In this document: positions 1 through 9,428 of the stretch, piece after piece | How the letters are laid out: the number at the start of each line of letters is the position of its first letter | How positions within the stretch are numbered: the first letter of the stretch is position 1 | Source of the DNA: Candidatus Latescibacterota bacterium | GTDB taxonomy: Bacteria > Latescibacterota > UBA2968 > UBA8231 | Reading direction: 5' to 3' | NCBI GenBank assembly: GCA_965197905.1 | Contig: CBDAOB010000005.1 | Location: 1,344,001 to 1,408,000, forward strand | DNA length: 64,000 bases | Notes under the pieces: generated by a model | Told to the model about the DNA's origin: nothing | The model's database searches: none | What the model saw: only the letters and a program-made list of their open reading frames with translations | Translations under genes and position numbers: made by a program

Positions 1-195
1 GCTTGATTGCGGTTGAAGGCCGGGTGTTCGGAAAGATGTCCATGTAGACGTCGTGGCATTCTGTTGCGTATATGGGAGTATAGGACAGATAAGCGGTCTT
101 ATCGAGTACAGATAAGCGGTCTTGGGGGTATCCATTTAACCGGACTGCGTGATGGTGATGTTCCCCCATAAGAGTGGACACCTCGAAGCGTCAAA

Positions 196-305
196 TGGAA
201 TTGACCCGACAAAGTAGACACTTAGAGGCCGGCTGTTGAGGCGGTTTCGAAAGTTTCCGGACTGACACCGCCGAGGTGGCTATAGACGACTCATCGATTA
301 GCACT
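196..305 (-). mobile_element. IS3-family transposase 3' remnant with terminal inverted repeat
   Basis: Minus strand gives a degenerate NR..SHLGGVSP(E)TFE..stop, typical of the IS3 OrfB C-terminus, followed by GTGTCTACTTTGTCGGGTCAATTCCA. Confidence 0.6.
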
Positions 306-357
306 ACAAGGCGCACCTCACCCTACGGCTAAAATCGAGGTTGCGCTTTCGTGCGAA

Positions 358-436
358 CGAAAATTGGACGAAACTGGCAAAAAAAGAGGGTTACGAGATG
401 TGGAATAAATCTCGTAACCCCTTGTTTTTATTGGAG
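358..436. other. att-like end of an integrative element (direct repeats, hairpin, tRNA 3'-end core)
   Basis: CGAAAATTGG/CGAAACTGG repeats, then GGGTTACGAGAT..ATCTCGTAACCC and TTGTTTTTATTGGAG; homologous to 52504-52559 beside tRNA-Thr. Confidence 0.65.
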
Positions 437-457
437 TCGCCAGAAGCAGCGGCAGCG

Positions 458-632
458 CCTGCGCCGCCGCGAACCCAACATCTAGGGCCCGTCAGGAACC
501 GAAATCCACGCCACACTAGGCGCCGAGCCGCTTCGGCCGCGTCGCGAGCCGCCAAACGAACCGATACATCGCCCAGTTCACGCACCCGCTGGCTTGCCGC
601 GACTACCGATAATGCCATATTTCTTCCTATAC
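458..632 (+). mobile_element. IS91/ISCR 3' non-coding end with oriIS-like terminus
   Basis: Repeated at 22361-22520 and 51615-51700 (the latter directly after an ISCR transposase stop); ends in CTTCCTATAC, like the ISCR oriIS. Confidence 0.7.
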
Positions 633-859
633 TTTGGTCAGCGTCAGGACCGAGATGGCGATGGTGCCCTTGGGCTTCTTGGGCGGTTTGCCGGCCGTGC
701 CGCTCGTGTCATCCCCCTTGCCGCAACCGCCGGAGCGAGGATCATTCCCGCGAGGAGCGCCAGAGTCATCCGTTTCATCGAGGGTCTCCGGTAAAAATCG
801 TTTCGTGCAGAGCGCGATATAGTGACATATAAAGCCGTTTCAAAGATCGAGACACGAAC

Positions 860-1723
860 ATGAACTTCCTTTCCAACCTGACGGGGTCGTTCGCGAAGCC
901 GGCGAGGGAGAACCCGACCGTCGCGATGGTCGAGGCGGCGTATCGACACCACGGCCTGGACTGCCGCTACCTCAACATGGAAGTGGCGCCTGAACAGCTG
1001 GCCGACGCCGTCCGGGGTGCGCGGGCGATGGGATTCGCGGGCTTCAACTGCTCGATCCCGCACAAGGTCGCGGTGATCGAACACCTGGACGGACTGGGCG
1101 AGTCCGCCTCGCTGATGGGCGCGGTGAACTGTGTCGTCCGGCGTGACGGGAAGTACATCGGCGAGAACACCGACGGCAAGGGGTTCGTGAAGTCGTTGCG
1201 CGAGATCGTGGATCCGAAGGGCAGGTCGATCGTGATGTTCGGCGCGGGTGGCGCGGCGCGGGCGATCGGCGTCGAGACGGCGCTCGCGGGGGCCCGGAAG
1301 ATCACGGTCGTCAACCGGTCCGAGGGCCGCGGCCAGGAGCTGGCCGGGCTGTTGGGGGGGAAGGTGAAGGAGGTGACGGGCGGGTCGCTCGAGACGGCGT
1401 TCGAGCCGTGGAAGGGTGATTACGCGGTGCCGACGGGCACGGACATGGTCATCAATGCCACGTCCATCGGGCTCTACCCCGATGTCGACGCCCGCGTGCC
1501 CGTGAAGGTCGACACGCTGACGAAGAAAATGGTCGTCGCCGACGTGATTCCCAACCCGCCCCGCACGAGGCTCGTGCGTGACGCGGAGGCTCGCGGATGC
1601 CGCGTGATCGACGGGCTCGGGATGCTCGTCAACCAGGGCGTCGTCGGGATCAAGTACTGGACCGGCGTCGACGCCGAGCCTTCGGTGATGCAGGCGAAGT
1701 TGAAGGAGATCTTCGGATCATGA
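860..1723 (+). CDS. aroE: Shikimate dehydrogenase
   Basis: GFNCSIPHK, GAVNC, NTDG, GAGGAAR, NATSIG and GLGMLVNQG motifs. Confidence 0.93.
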   Translation: MNFLSNLTGSFAKPARENPTVAMVEAAYRHHGLDCRYLNMEVAPEQLADAVRGARAMGFAGFNCSIPHKVAVIEHLDGLGESASLMGAVNCVVRRDGKYIGENTDGKGFVKSLREIVDPKGRSIVMFGAGGAARAIGVETALAGARKITVVNRSEGRGQELAGLLGGKVKEVTGGSLETAFEPWKGDYAVPTGTDMVINATSIGLYPDVDARVPVKVDTLTKKMVVADVIPNPPRTRLVRDAEARGCRVIDGLGMLVNQGVVGIKYWTGVDAEPSVMQAKLKEIFGS

Positions 1724-1863
1724 GATCCTTGATGCGGGCGGTGCTGCTCCCGGCGCTTCTCCTCGCGGGCGCCGCGCCCGAAGCAGGAGGTGCCTTCCCT
1801 GTAGCATTCAGCGCCGGGTGACAATACCTGCGGCAGGCTGCCGCGGCCCGGCGAGCCCTCAGA

Positions 1864-2661
1864 TCAACCGGTCCAGCCAAGCTGGCTGACGCTTTTCCCC
1901 TCGTGGACCAGTTCGACGATGCTGGCGACCATCCTCGCTGGGTCTGAGCTCTGCCAGATGTTCCTGCCCAGGGCGATGCCGAGGGCACCGCAAGCCATCG
2001 CTTCGGCAATCATTTCCAGGATCTCGAGCTCAGTGTCCGCTTTCGGTCCCCCCGCAACGACGACCGGGACCGGGCAGCAGTCGACGAGCCGCTGGAAGGA
2101 TTCGCGATCCCCTGTGTACGAGGATTTCACAATGTCCGCTCCCAGTTCCGCGCCGGCCCGAGCGGCTCGCACCACCGCTTCGGTGCCTATCTTCGAAAAC
2201 ATCTCTTCGGTCGGATACATCATCATCAGCAGCGGCAGACCCCAGCGTGAGCAGGATTCCACCACAGAGCCGGCTTGTTCCAGCATTCGCGTCTCCTGTT
2301 CCGAGCCGATGATGACCTGGATCGAAACCGCGTCGGCGCCCTGGCGCAGGGCCTGCTCCACGGTGGCTATCTGGGTGAGATCGAAGTCGTCGGTGATGGC
2401 GTTGGTCAACTGGAACACGGTTCCGCAGCGATTGACGTAACGTTCATACAGACTCGACGCCATACCGGCGTTGAAGGCGATGGCGTCCGCGCCTCCTTCG
2501 ATGACCTTATCAACGGTACCCGCGATATCATCCATGCCTTCGATCGGCCCCAGGATCACGCCGTGATCCATAGGCACCATCACTATATTGCCCGTGGCCG
2601 GATTCGCGATGCGGGACAACCGGACCTGCTTGCCGACGTCAACCATCGTTCTATGTGCCAT
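1864..2661 (-). CDS. DhnA-type class I aldolase (FbaB/LsrF/AroA'-like)
   Basis: VPMDHG, RAGAELGADIVK, VVVAGGPK, GRNIWQ. Confidence 0.88.
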   Translation of the reverse strand: MAHRTMVDVGKQVRLSRIANPATGNIVMVPMDHGVILGPIEGMDDIAGTVDKVIEGGADAIAFNAGMASSLYERYVNRCGTVFQLTNAITDDFDLTQIATVEQALRQGADAVSIQVIIGSEQETRMLEQAGSVVESCSRWGLPLLMMMYPTEEMFSKIGTEAVVRAARAGAELGADIVKSSYTGDRESFQRLVDCCPVPVVVAGGPKADTELEILEMIAEAMACGALGIALGRNIWQSSDPARMVASIVELVHEGKSVSQLGWTG

Positions 2662-2689
2662 TTGAGTCTCTCCGTTTGGTGCTTCTGCA

Positions 2690-3619
2690 CTACAGGCGCG
2701 TGAACTGAAACTCATCGTGCCGCTCTTCCAAAAAAGCCTTCACTGTCGCCATCTCAGGAATTCCCGCTCGGCCCCCGAGCTTCGTGCACTTGATGGCTGC
2801 GACGGCAGCAGCGAACTCCACGATCCTGTCGATAGGCCAGCCCGCCAGCAGGCCCCGGATGAAGCCTCCGTGAAAAACGTCGCCGGCCCCGGTCGTGTCT
2901 ACGGTGTCGACTTGAAAGGCGGTGAAGCGGAACGGTCCCTCGACATTCAGGCCGACGCCGCCTTTTTCGCCCTGGGTAATGATGACGGTCTGCGGCCCCT
3001 TTTCCCGCAGTGATTCGACCGCCGGCCCGGCATCCTCGAAGCCGGTATGTTCGTGCGAAAAGGCCGTGGATGCGACGACAATGTCGGTGCAGCCGATCAG
3101 TTCGTCCGCGTCGTGACCGAGCGCTGAGACATCGGCGTCGAGCAGGACCGTCGTATTCGCCTGGCGGGCCCTTTTCGCGGCCGCCATGGCGGCCTCCGCT
3201 TCGGTGCCGTCGAGGTGCAGGATCCTCGCATCTTCGATGAGTTCTGGGGGTACCTCCTCGGCCGACAAAGCTGAGACAGTTGCCTCGCCAACCAGGATCG
3301 AGCGTTTTCCAGATTCCTTGTGGACCAATACGATGGCGGAAAGGGAGCGCTCGTCCGGTTCGATCAGGAGGTGGCTCGTATCGACGCCGAAGCGCTCGAA
3401 GTCGTGGCGAATCATCACCCCGATGAGATCATCGGACACACGACCCAGATAGGCCGCCGAAGCGCCCAACCGGGCCGCCGCCGCCAGCGCTGTTGCGACC
3501 TCGCCTCCGCCTTGCTGCAAGGAGTCGAGCAGGTCGAACTCTTCGTCGAGTTCAGGGAGCCGTGGAATGATGCCCAGAAAGTCGATGCAACAACAGCCGA
3601 TGCCGACGACGTCGACCAT
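2690..3619 (-). CDS. PfkB family carbohydrate kinase
   Basis: GGG..ATA..AAARLG and VDTTGAGDVFHGGF signatures. Confidence 0.92.
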   Translation of the reverse strand: MVDVVGIGCCCIDFLGIIPRLPELDEEFDLLDSLQQGGGEVATALAAAARLGASAAYLGRVSDDLIGVMIRHDFERFGVDTSHLLIEPDERSLSAIVLVHKESGKRSILVGEATVSALSAEEVPPELIEDARILHLDGTEAEAAMAAAKRARQANTTVLLDADVSALGHDADELIGCTDIVVASTAFSHEHTGFEDAGPAVESLREKGPQTVIITQGEKGGVGLNVEGPFRFTAFQVDTVDTTGAGDVFHGGFIRGLLAGWPIDRIVEFAAAVAAIKCTKLGGRAGIPEMATVKAFLEERHDEFQFTRL

Positions 3620-3622
3620 AAC

Positions 3623-3898
3623 CTAGAGTCGGAAGTGGGTCCCGGCGATGAAGCGCGTGCCGGCGGGATTGCTCACCACCAGCGGTACGATATCGGCACG
3701 GACTTCGCCGTTGACGATAAACCGCACGTCCTGCACGTGGGCGCCACCGATACCGTCGTCGGGCGAATCGTCGGAAAAACGCACGATCACCCAGTCCTTA
3801 GGCGGCTGGTCGGGACGCAACACTCCCTTGAGGCTGTTGTTGCCCTGGGTGCTGCGATAGACATGGGAGTTGACGGCGTTGAAGCCCACGTGGCCCAC
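3623..3898 (-). pseudogene. Internal fragment of a paralog of the 1000-aa protein at 35132-38134
   Basis: HVYRSTQGNNSLKGVLRPDQP..VRFSDDSPDDGIGGA aligns with HIYRSTEPGNSLKGRLRPGQP..VRFSDDSPEDGIAGA. Confidence 0.85.
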
Positions 3899-4102
3899 GC
3901 GATCTGCTGCTTATTCAATTCTCGGTCCACGCCGACGCACCTTTCTCCTGAGTATGCAATTTCCCGCGCGTCGAACCGTTGCCAGGGGCGCGACGACTGC
4001 AAGAACCTAATGTCAGGAGGTAGGTAATATAGAGACGAAAATACTCAGATACCAATATCCTCGAGCTTCAAAGGGATATGCTTTTCGGTTTTCCTGCCGG
4101 GA

Positions 4103-4314
4103 CGGTGCAGCTGTTACCTGCGCACAGCGGTCATGCAGGCCGCTGAGGTGGCATTCTTTCGCCAGCATGACCCGCTCTTCACCGCCATCTATAAACGCCA
4201 GAAGGATCGCGGCAGGCACCACATGGTCGCACTCATACACGTTGCCACAGAATGCTACATGTGATCTTCTCGGTCTTAAAGATTGACAGACCTTACACGC
4301 CGATACTCACGTAA
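4103..4314 (+). mobile_element. IS110-family transposase C-terminal remnant (frameshifted)
   Basis: YLRTAVMQAAEVA..DPLFTAIYKRQKDRGRHHMVALIHVA / RMLHVIFSVLK..RPY. Confidence 0.75.
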
Positions 4315-4567
4315 CGAGAACCATAGACAAATGCCCATGATTGATGTTGACTCTTTACCGCTTGTCTATCCTCCACAATAGCATATGGCTGATAAGGTGA
4401 CCGATGTGAGCGAAGGGGTGCTCACCGGCGCCATGGATGTGGCCGAAGCAGAAGCGGGAGCCGTCATGCTATTGGACTCCCGCTGGGATGGACGCAATGC
4501 CCGTGCCACCTTAATGCATCCGAAAAGCCAATCTTCATCTACGCCGAACCCCGACGGGAGAAAAATC

Positions 4568-5360
4568 ATGAAATCAGAAAACGCAGTCCCTGAACCCTTT
4601 CTGGACTGGTTCGGAATATGGCCCGGAGCCTCCGGGTACGAAACGGATGGACGCGGCTACCTTCACGCCTCACCTCAGGGAGTGCGCCTGGTGGTGCAGC
4701 CGCCGTCGCAAAAGCAGGACCTGAATCTGCGGCAGGACCGGGACTGGGAGGATGACGGGCCACGGGTGGAGACGCTGCTGCAGGAGGACGGGCTCTCTAC
4801 CACCGGGGCACCGACGACCTGGATGTGCAGATCGCAGTCAGCCGCAACGGCCACACCTGGTCCAGACACAAGACTCCGCTCCTCACCAGAGGTCCGGAGG
4901 GCAGTAACGAGGAAGGCATGATGTGGGTCAGGCACGGCGTCTTTACCTTCGCCGAAGATCGATGGGGGTTGCTTTACAATGGCATGGACGCGCGCCACAA
5001 CGAGAGCTACTACTATGACGCCCACCGGGTCGATTCAAACGGTTTCGCGCTGTGGAAACGGGATCGATTCGTCGGCCTCGAAGCGGAGGTAGATGGCCGC
5101 GTGACCCTCCTGCCGAGGGCCTGCGGCGGGGAACGGCTGCTGCTCAACCTGAAGACCGAAAGAGGAGGGTGGGTGCGCGCCGCCTTCATGGAGCCGATGT
5201 TGTGGCCTCCGGCAAAGATCGATCCGATCGAGGGGTTTCGGCTTCGATGACTGCGAGCCACTGCGCTCTCGACAAGATCAAACTGCATGGTGGGGGACAT
5301 GCAACAGCTCAGGGATCAGTACGGAGACATCGTCGTCCAACAGGTCAAACAGCTCGTAGG
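4568..5360 (+). pseudogene. Fragmented beta-propeller glycoside-hydrolase-like gene
   Basis: Pieces in shifting frames: QIAVSRNGHTWSR, WKRDRFVGLEAE..G..TL, LLLNLKT..GGWVR. Confidence 0.5.
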
Positions 5361-5391
5361 TCAGTGCATGAGCTAATTCCGGAGAAATATC

Positions 5392-6234
5392 ATGATTATC
5401 GACACGCACATCCATATCTACGACCCTTCTCGACCCGAAGGTGTACCCTATCCCGATCCGGACAACAAACTCCTGTATCGCACTGTACTGCCCGCGCACG
5501 CCAAGGCTCAAGCCATGCCCGCAGGTGTTACCGGCACAGTTATCGTAGAAGCCACTGATTGGTTGGAGGACAACAAGTGGGTGCTGGATCTGGCAGCCGA
5601 CGAACCGTTTATCGTGGGTCTGGTGGGCCGTATAGACCCGTGCACCCCTGATTTTGCGGAGAATGTAGCGCGTTTTGCGGAGCATCCGTTGTTCAAGGGT
5701 ATCCGTTTCCGAGGCAAGCGATATTTCGATGATATCGATCGTGGCAGTTTTATGGCGGATATGGAGACACTGGCAAACCATAGTCTTGCCCTCGACGTGG
5801 GTTTCAGTAAAGAGGACGCCAGTGGACTGTTTACGCTGCTCGAACGCCTACCCGAACTACGCGTCATGATCGACCACATCGCCGGGGTGTCGGTTGACGG
5901 AAATAAGCCGGACCATCAGTGGATTGAGCATATGGCTCAGGCGGCGACTCACCCACAGGTTTGGCTGAAAGTCTCGGCCCTTATGGAGAACAGCACCATT
6001 CAGCCGGCGCCCGCAGATGTCGCCTATTATTCGCCGACGCTGGACGCTCTGTGGGATATCTTCGGTGAAGACCATCTGGCGTACGGCAGCAACTGGCCTG
6101 TCTGCGAAAGGGCTGGAACGTATGCACGGTGTATGGATATCGTCCGGGGGTATTTTTCCGGTAAAAGCGAAGAAGCCCGGGAGAAGTTTTTCTGGAAGAA
6201 TTCTCAGCTCGTGTACAGGTGGGAAAAGCGATGA
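5392..6234 (+). CDS. Amidohydrolase_2 family protein (L-fuconolactonase-like)
   Basis: IIDTHIH, IDHI, WLKVS, YGSNWPV. Confidence 0.88.
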   Translation: MIIDTHIHIYDPSRPEGVPYPDPDNKLLYRTVLPAHAKAQAMPAGVTGTVIVEATDWLEDNKWVLDLAADEPFIVGLVGRIDPCTPDFAENVARFAEHPLFKGIRFRGKRYFDDIDRGSFMADMETLANHSLALDVGFSKEDASGLFTLLERLPELRVMIDHIAGVSVDGNKPDHQWIEHMAQAATHPQVWLKVSALMENSTIQPAPADVAYYSPTLDALWDIFGEDHLAYGSNWPVCERAGTYARCMDIVRGYFSGKSEEAREKFFWKNSQLVYRWEKR

Positions 6235-6570
6235 GTGAACCAGGACGGGCGGCCACGGCAGAGAATCGCGGGGATCGCTACCATCGAGCGCATCGAAGCG
6301 TGGATGGAAAACGCCGATTCAGCGTGCCCGCACCTGTTGTGGGTGCACTTCATTGACCCGCATTTCCCCGGACAACTGCCCGGAAGCAAGCCGATCTCAT
6401 TTGATGACGTGGTGGAGGATAGAGTGAACGCCTACCAGGAAGAGATAAACCATGATGCGGAGTTGGCATCTGTCTAGGATGAGCTGTGTCGTAATACTGT
6501 TGACAGGTGCTCTCGGGCAGGGTGCGGGCATACCAGGAAGAGATCGACGCAGCGCTGGGATTGGACTGAG
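6235..6570 (+). pseudogene. Sulfatase-like fragments
   Basis: LWVHFIDPH and two AYQEEI segments; no intact ORF. Confidence 0.35.
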
Positions 6571-6619
6571 GGCCTCGAATTCTTTGACACATTATTCATA
6601 AGAAGCAAGGAGAGCCAAC

Positions 6620-7779
6620 ATGAAGCGCAGTACGGATCGCATTCTGGGACTACCCACGTCGGCAGCTTGGCACGGCCTAAGGACCTGCTTGATCTGATGC
6701 AGGCCAAAGTCAACGGCGAGCCGTACGACCACGATGTCTATGCCCAGCGGATCCCGACCGCCGTGGCCGAGATCGTCCGCAAACAGGCCGAGAGCGGCAT
6801 CGACATTGTGACCGACGGCGAGCAGGGGAAGCTTGGTTTCTCCGCCTACGTGAGTGAGCGGTTGAGCGGTTATGAAGCGCGGCCGGGCGCTATCGACTCC
6901 GCTGAATTCGCGGAGGAAGTGGCCGCTTTTCCGGAGTATTACGAGCGCTACTTCGGCGCGGCCATGCATGGGGGTGCGGTCGCGCGGATAGACCCTGTAG
7001 TGTGCATCGGACCCGTCAGCTATAAGGGGATCGATGCCCTGAACCGGGACATCGAAAACCTCAAAGCCGCGGTGCAGGACGTGGAGGCGGTGGAAGTCTT
7101 CATGCCCGCCGTGGCACCGGGCGGCGTGGGCGGGAACGAATACTACCCGACGGCAGAGGAGTACCTATACGCGGTCGGCGAGGCCATGCGCACGGAGTAC
7201 CGCGCGATCGTCGACGCCGGCTTCATCTTGCAGATCGACGATCCGTGGCTCACCGTGGTCCATGGCGACGGTTCTTTGAGCGCCGCCGAGCGATTGAAGA
7301 AGATCGAGATGTTTGTCGAGGTGCTCAACTACAGCCTGCGGGATATTCCCCCGGAGAAGGTGCGCCTGCATACCTGCTACGGGATCAACGAAGGGCCGCG
7401 CATTCACGACGCGTCGCTGCAGGACATCGTGGGGATCATGCTGAACGTGAACGCGGGCGCCTATTCGTTCGAGGCCGCCAACCCGCGTCACGAGCACGAG
7501 TACCACGTCTGGGAAGATGTGAAGCTGCCGGAGGGCAAGTTGATCATCCCGGGGATGGTCGCACACGCCAACAATATTGTCGAACACCCCGAACTCATCT
7601 GCGAGCGCATCCTCCGCTACGCCAGGCTGGTGGGCCGGGAGAACGTGATCGCCGGGACCGATTGCGGCTTTTCCACCCAGGCCACCTACACCCCGGAGGT
7701 TCATCCGACCGTCGTATGGGCTAAATTCCAGGCCATGGCCGAAGGCGCACGGCGGGCAACGGAGCAGCTCTGGCGGTGA
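6620..7779 (+). CDS. Cobalamin-independent methionine synthase II family protein, frameshifted near 6647
   Basis: MKRSTDRIL + TTHVGSLARP interrupted by two extra G; DGE, LHTCYG and AGTDCGF motifs. Confidence 0.85.
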
Positions 7780-7874
7780 GACTCTAGCCGCCACGCCACC
7801 CTTTCCGTTCGCTCATTTAATCAGGAGCGTGGCTATAAGTAAACCAGTTGCTGACTTAGGGCGAGGAGGCAGAG

Positions 7875-8654
7875 ATGCGCATTGGCACCTACAACGTCTA
7901 TGGTTTTAGAGGGTACCCGAAAGAGGAGTCGGCGAAGAGAATCGGCCCTGCAGGCAGTGACGACAACGCCGCGCACTACACACGAGTGTTGGCCGAATTG
8001 TCGTGTGATATCCTGGGACTGCAAGAGGGTGTGTTTGCAGGTGACATGAAGAAGATTGCGCGCCCAATGCAATGCTACCTGGCGACGTTCCCGTCGCCGA
8101 CCGCTTGCCCAGGGCACGTGGTGTCACGCTATCCGATCCTCGAGTCGCGTGTATTCAGTCACTTCGATCCAACCGAATCGTTTCCGCCATTCAGCCGTAC
8201 CGCTGGTGCCGCCCTACTCGAGGTCGGCGAGGCTGATGCCACGCTCTGGTTCGTGGTCCTCCACCTATATCACAGGACCAGAGAAATGCGCGACCGTGAG
8301 GCAGATATCCTGCGCGACCGTCTGAACGATCTGCTTCAGACTACCGACAAAGCCGTAGTCCTTGGCGATTTCAACTGCGAGGTCGATGAGAGAGTTCATC
8401 AGCACTTACGGGAAATGGCGTTCGTCAACGCCATGGAGAGCGCGGGCGGCGGGCTCCAGGTTACCATAGACACCGTCGGTACCACCAACAGGCGTGCCAT
8501 TGACCACATATACGTCAGTCCAAGCCTCGCTCCACGTCTCAAACGCGCCGAGGTCGTCCGCAGCGACGGCTTTCGTCATGACGGTCCCCAGGTCGACGGT
8601 GTGTGGGTCCATTCGGACCACCTGCCGGTTGTCGCCGAACTCGATTGGCCGTGA
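7875..8654 (+). CDS. Endonuclease/exonuclease/phosphatase family protein
   Basis: TYNV, LGLQE, LGDFN, IDHIY, SDHLPV. Confidence 0.92.
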   Translation: MRIGTYNVYGFRGYPKEESAKRIGPAGSDDNAAHYTRVLAELSCDILGLQEGVFAGDMKKIARPMQCYLATFPSPTACPGHVVSRYPILESRVFSHFDPTESFPPFSRTAGAALLEVGEADATLWFVVLHLYHRTREMRDREADILRDRLNDLLQTTDKAVVLGDFNCEVDERVHQHLREMAFVNAMESAGGGLQVTIDTVGTTNRRAIDHIYVSPSLAPRLKRAEVVRSDGFRHDGPQVDGVWVHSDHLPVVAELDWP

Positions 8655-8688
8655 GCGACGCTACCGCTACGGCCGCCTGGAAGTGGTA

Positions 8689-9098
8689 CTAATGTTTTTC
8701 TTGTGATACCACGGTCAACGGCAGCGTCACGTCGCTGCTCGAAAACTGTTCCAGGGTTTCCATCGCGTTCCGCAGGTCATCCGGCACGTCGGCGTAGCGC
8801 AACACCATCTCGTAGGAATCCCACCCACCCAGCTCCTTGATGCGGTCCAGTTCCACGCCGGCTCGCCGCAGCCGCGTCGCCCAGGTATGCCGCATCATGT
8901 GCAGCGTGACCAGTCGATCAAGCCCGAGCTTGGCATCTTCGGATGCTTTGTAGAGCGATTTTTTGATGTCTACTTCGGGGATCACTTTTGCCGATGGGTC
9001 ACTATCATCGGGCCACTGTATGAGCTTGTGGTTGTTTTTGCCGATACGGCGCTTGAAGGAGCGGCCTGGGCGCAGCGAGTCGATGCCATCAAGTGCTA
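8689..9098 (-). pseudogene. Phage-type tyrosine recombinase C-terminal remnant
   Basis: HMMRHTWATRL..LGGW..MVLRY; N-terminal part absent. Confidence 0.85.
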
Positions 9099-9301
9099 GG
9101 AGTGTGGGGTTGGCAGTGCAGCGTCGGCAGGGCGCCGACGCTCAGTGTTTCGCAGACTAACTTGATGACCCGGTGTGTATATAGGGTAGATTGATGATCA
9201 GAGATGTGCCCAATTCTCAATCTTCCGCGTTCACGGACTCTCTCAGTTCCTTCCGTATTCACGCTGCGGCATCGACCTCCATTTACCCAATAGGTTTATC
9301 C

Positions 9302-9427
9302 GCCCAACGCAGCATTCACCTGCGGCCAGATTCGCGGTCTTCTTTGAGCAACCGATCCGATCTGTCGAACCATCGTGTTGGTCTGGTGAACTTGTGCAAG
9401 GCCCGTCAGGTGCAATGCATGTTATGC
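9302..9427 (-). other. attC site (126 bp)
   Basis: Minus: GCATAAC ATGCATTGCACCTGACGG ... CCGCAGGTGAATGCTGC GTTGGGC; 1 bp after the kinase stop codon. Confidence 0.9.
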
Positions 9428-9428
9428 T

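Noticed and set aside
1..123. ACAGATAAGCGGTCTT direct repeat and a possible RAYT-like start (MPRRL) running off the window edge
   Set aside because: The repeat is real, but too little coding sequence is visible to assign a function.
391..618. Repeated small ORF (also 22336-22566) as a protein gene
   Set aside because: Better explained as the non-coding ISCR 3' repeat; the ORF ends differ between copies.
8689..9098. Tyrosine recombinase as the array's IntI
   Set aside because: It lies at the distal end of the array, is co-oriented with the cassettes, is truncated, and has phage-type LGGW rather than LLGH.
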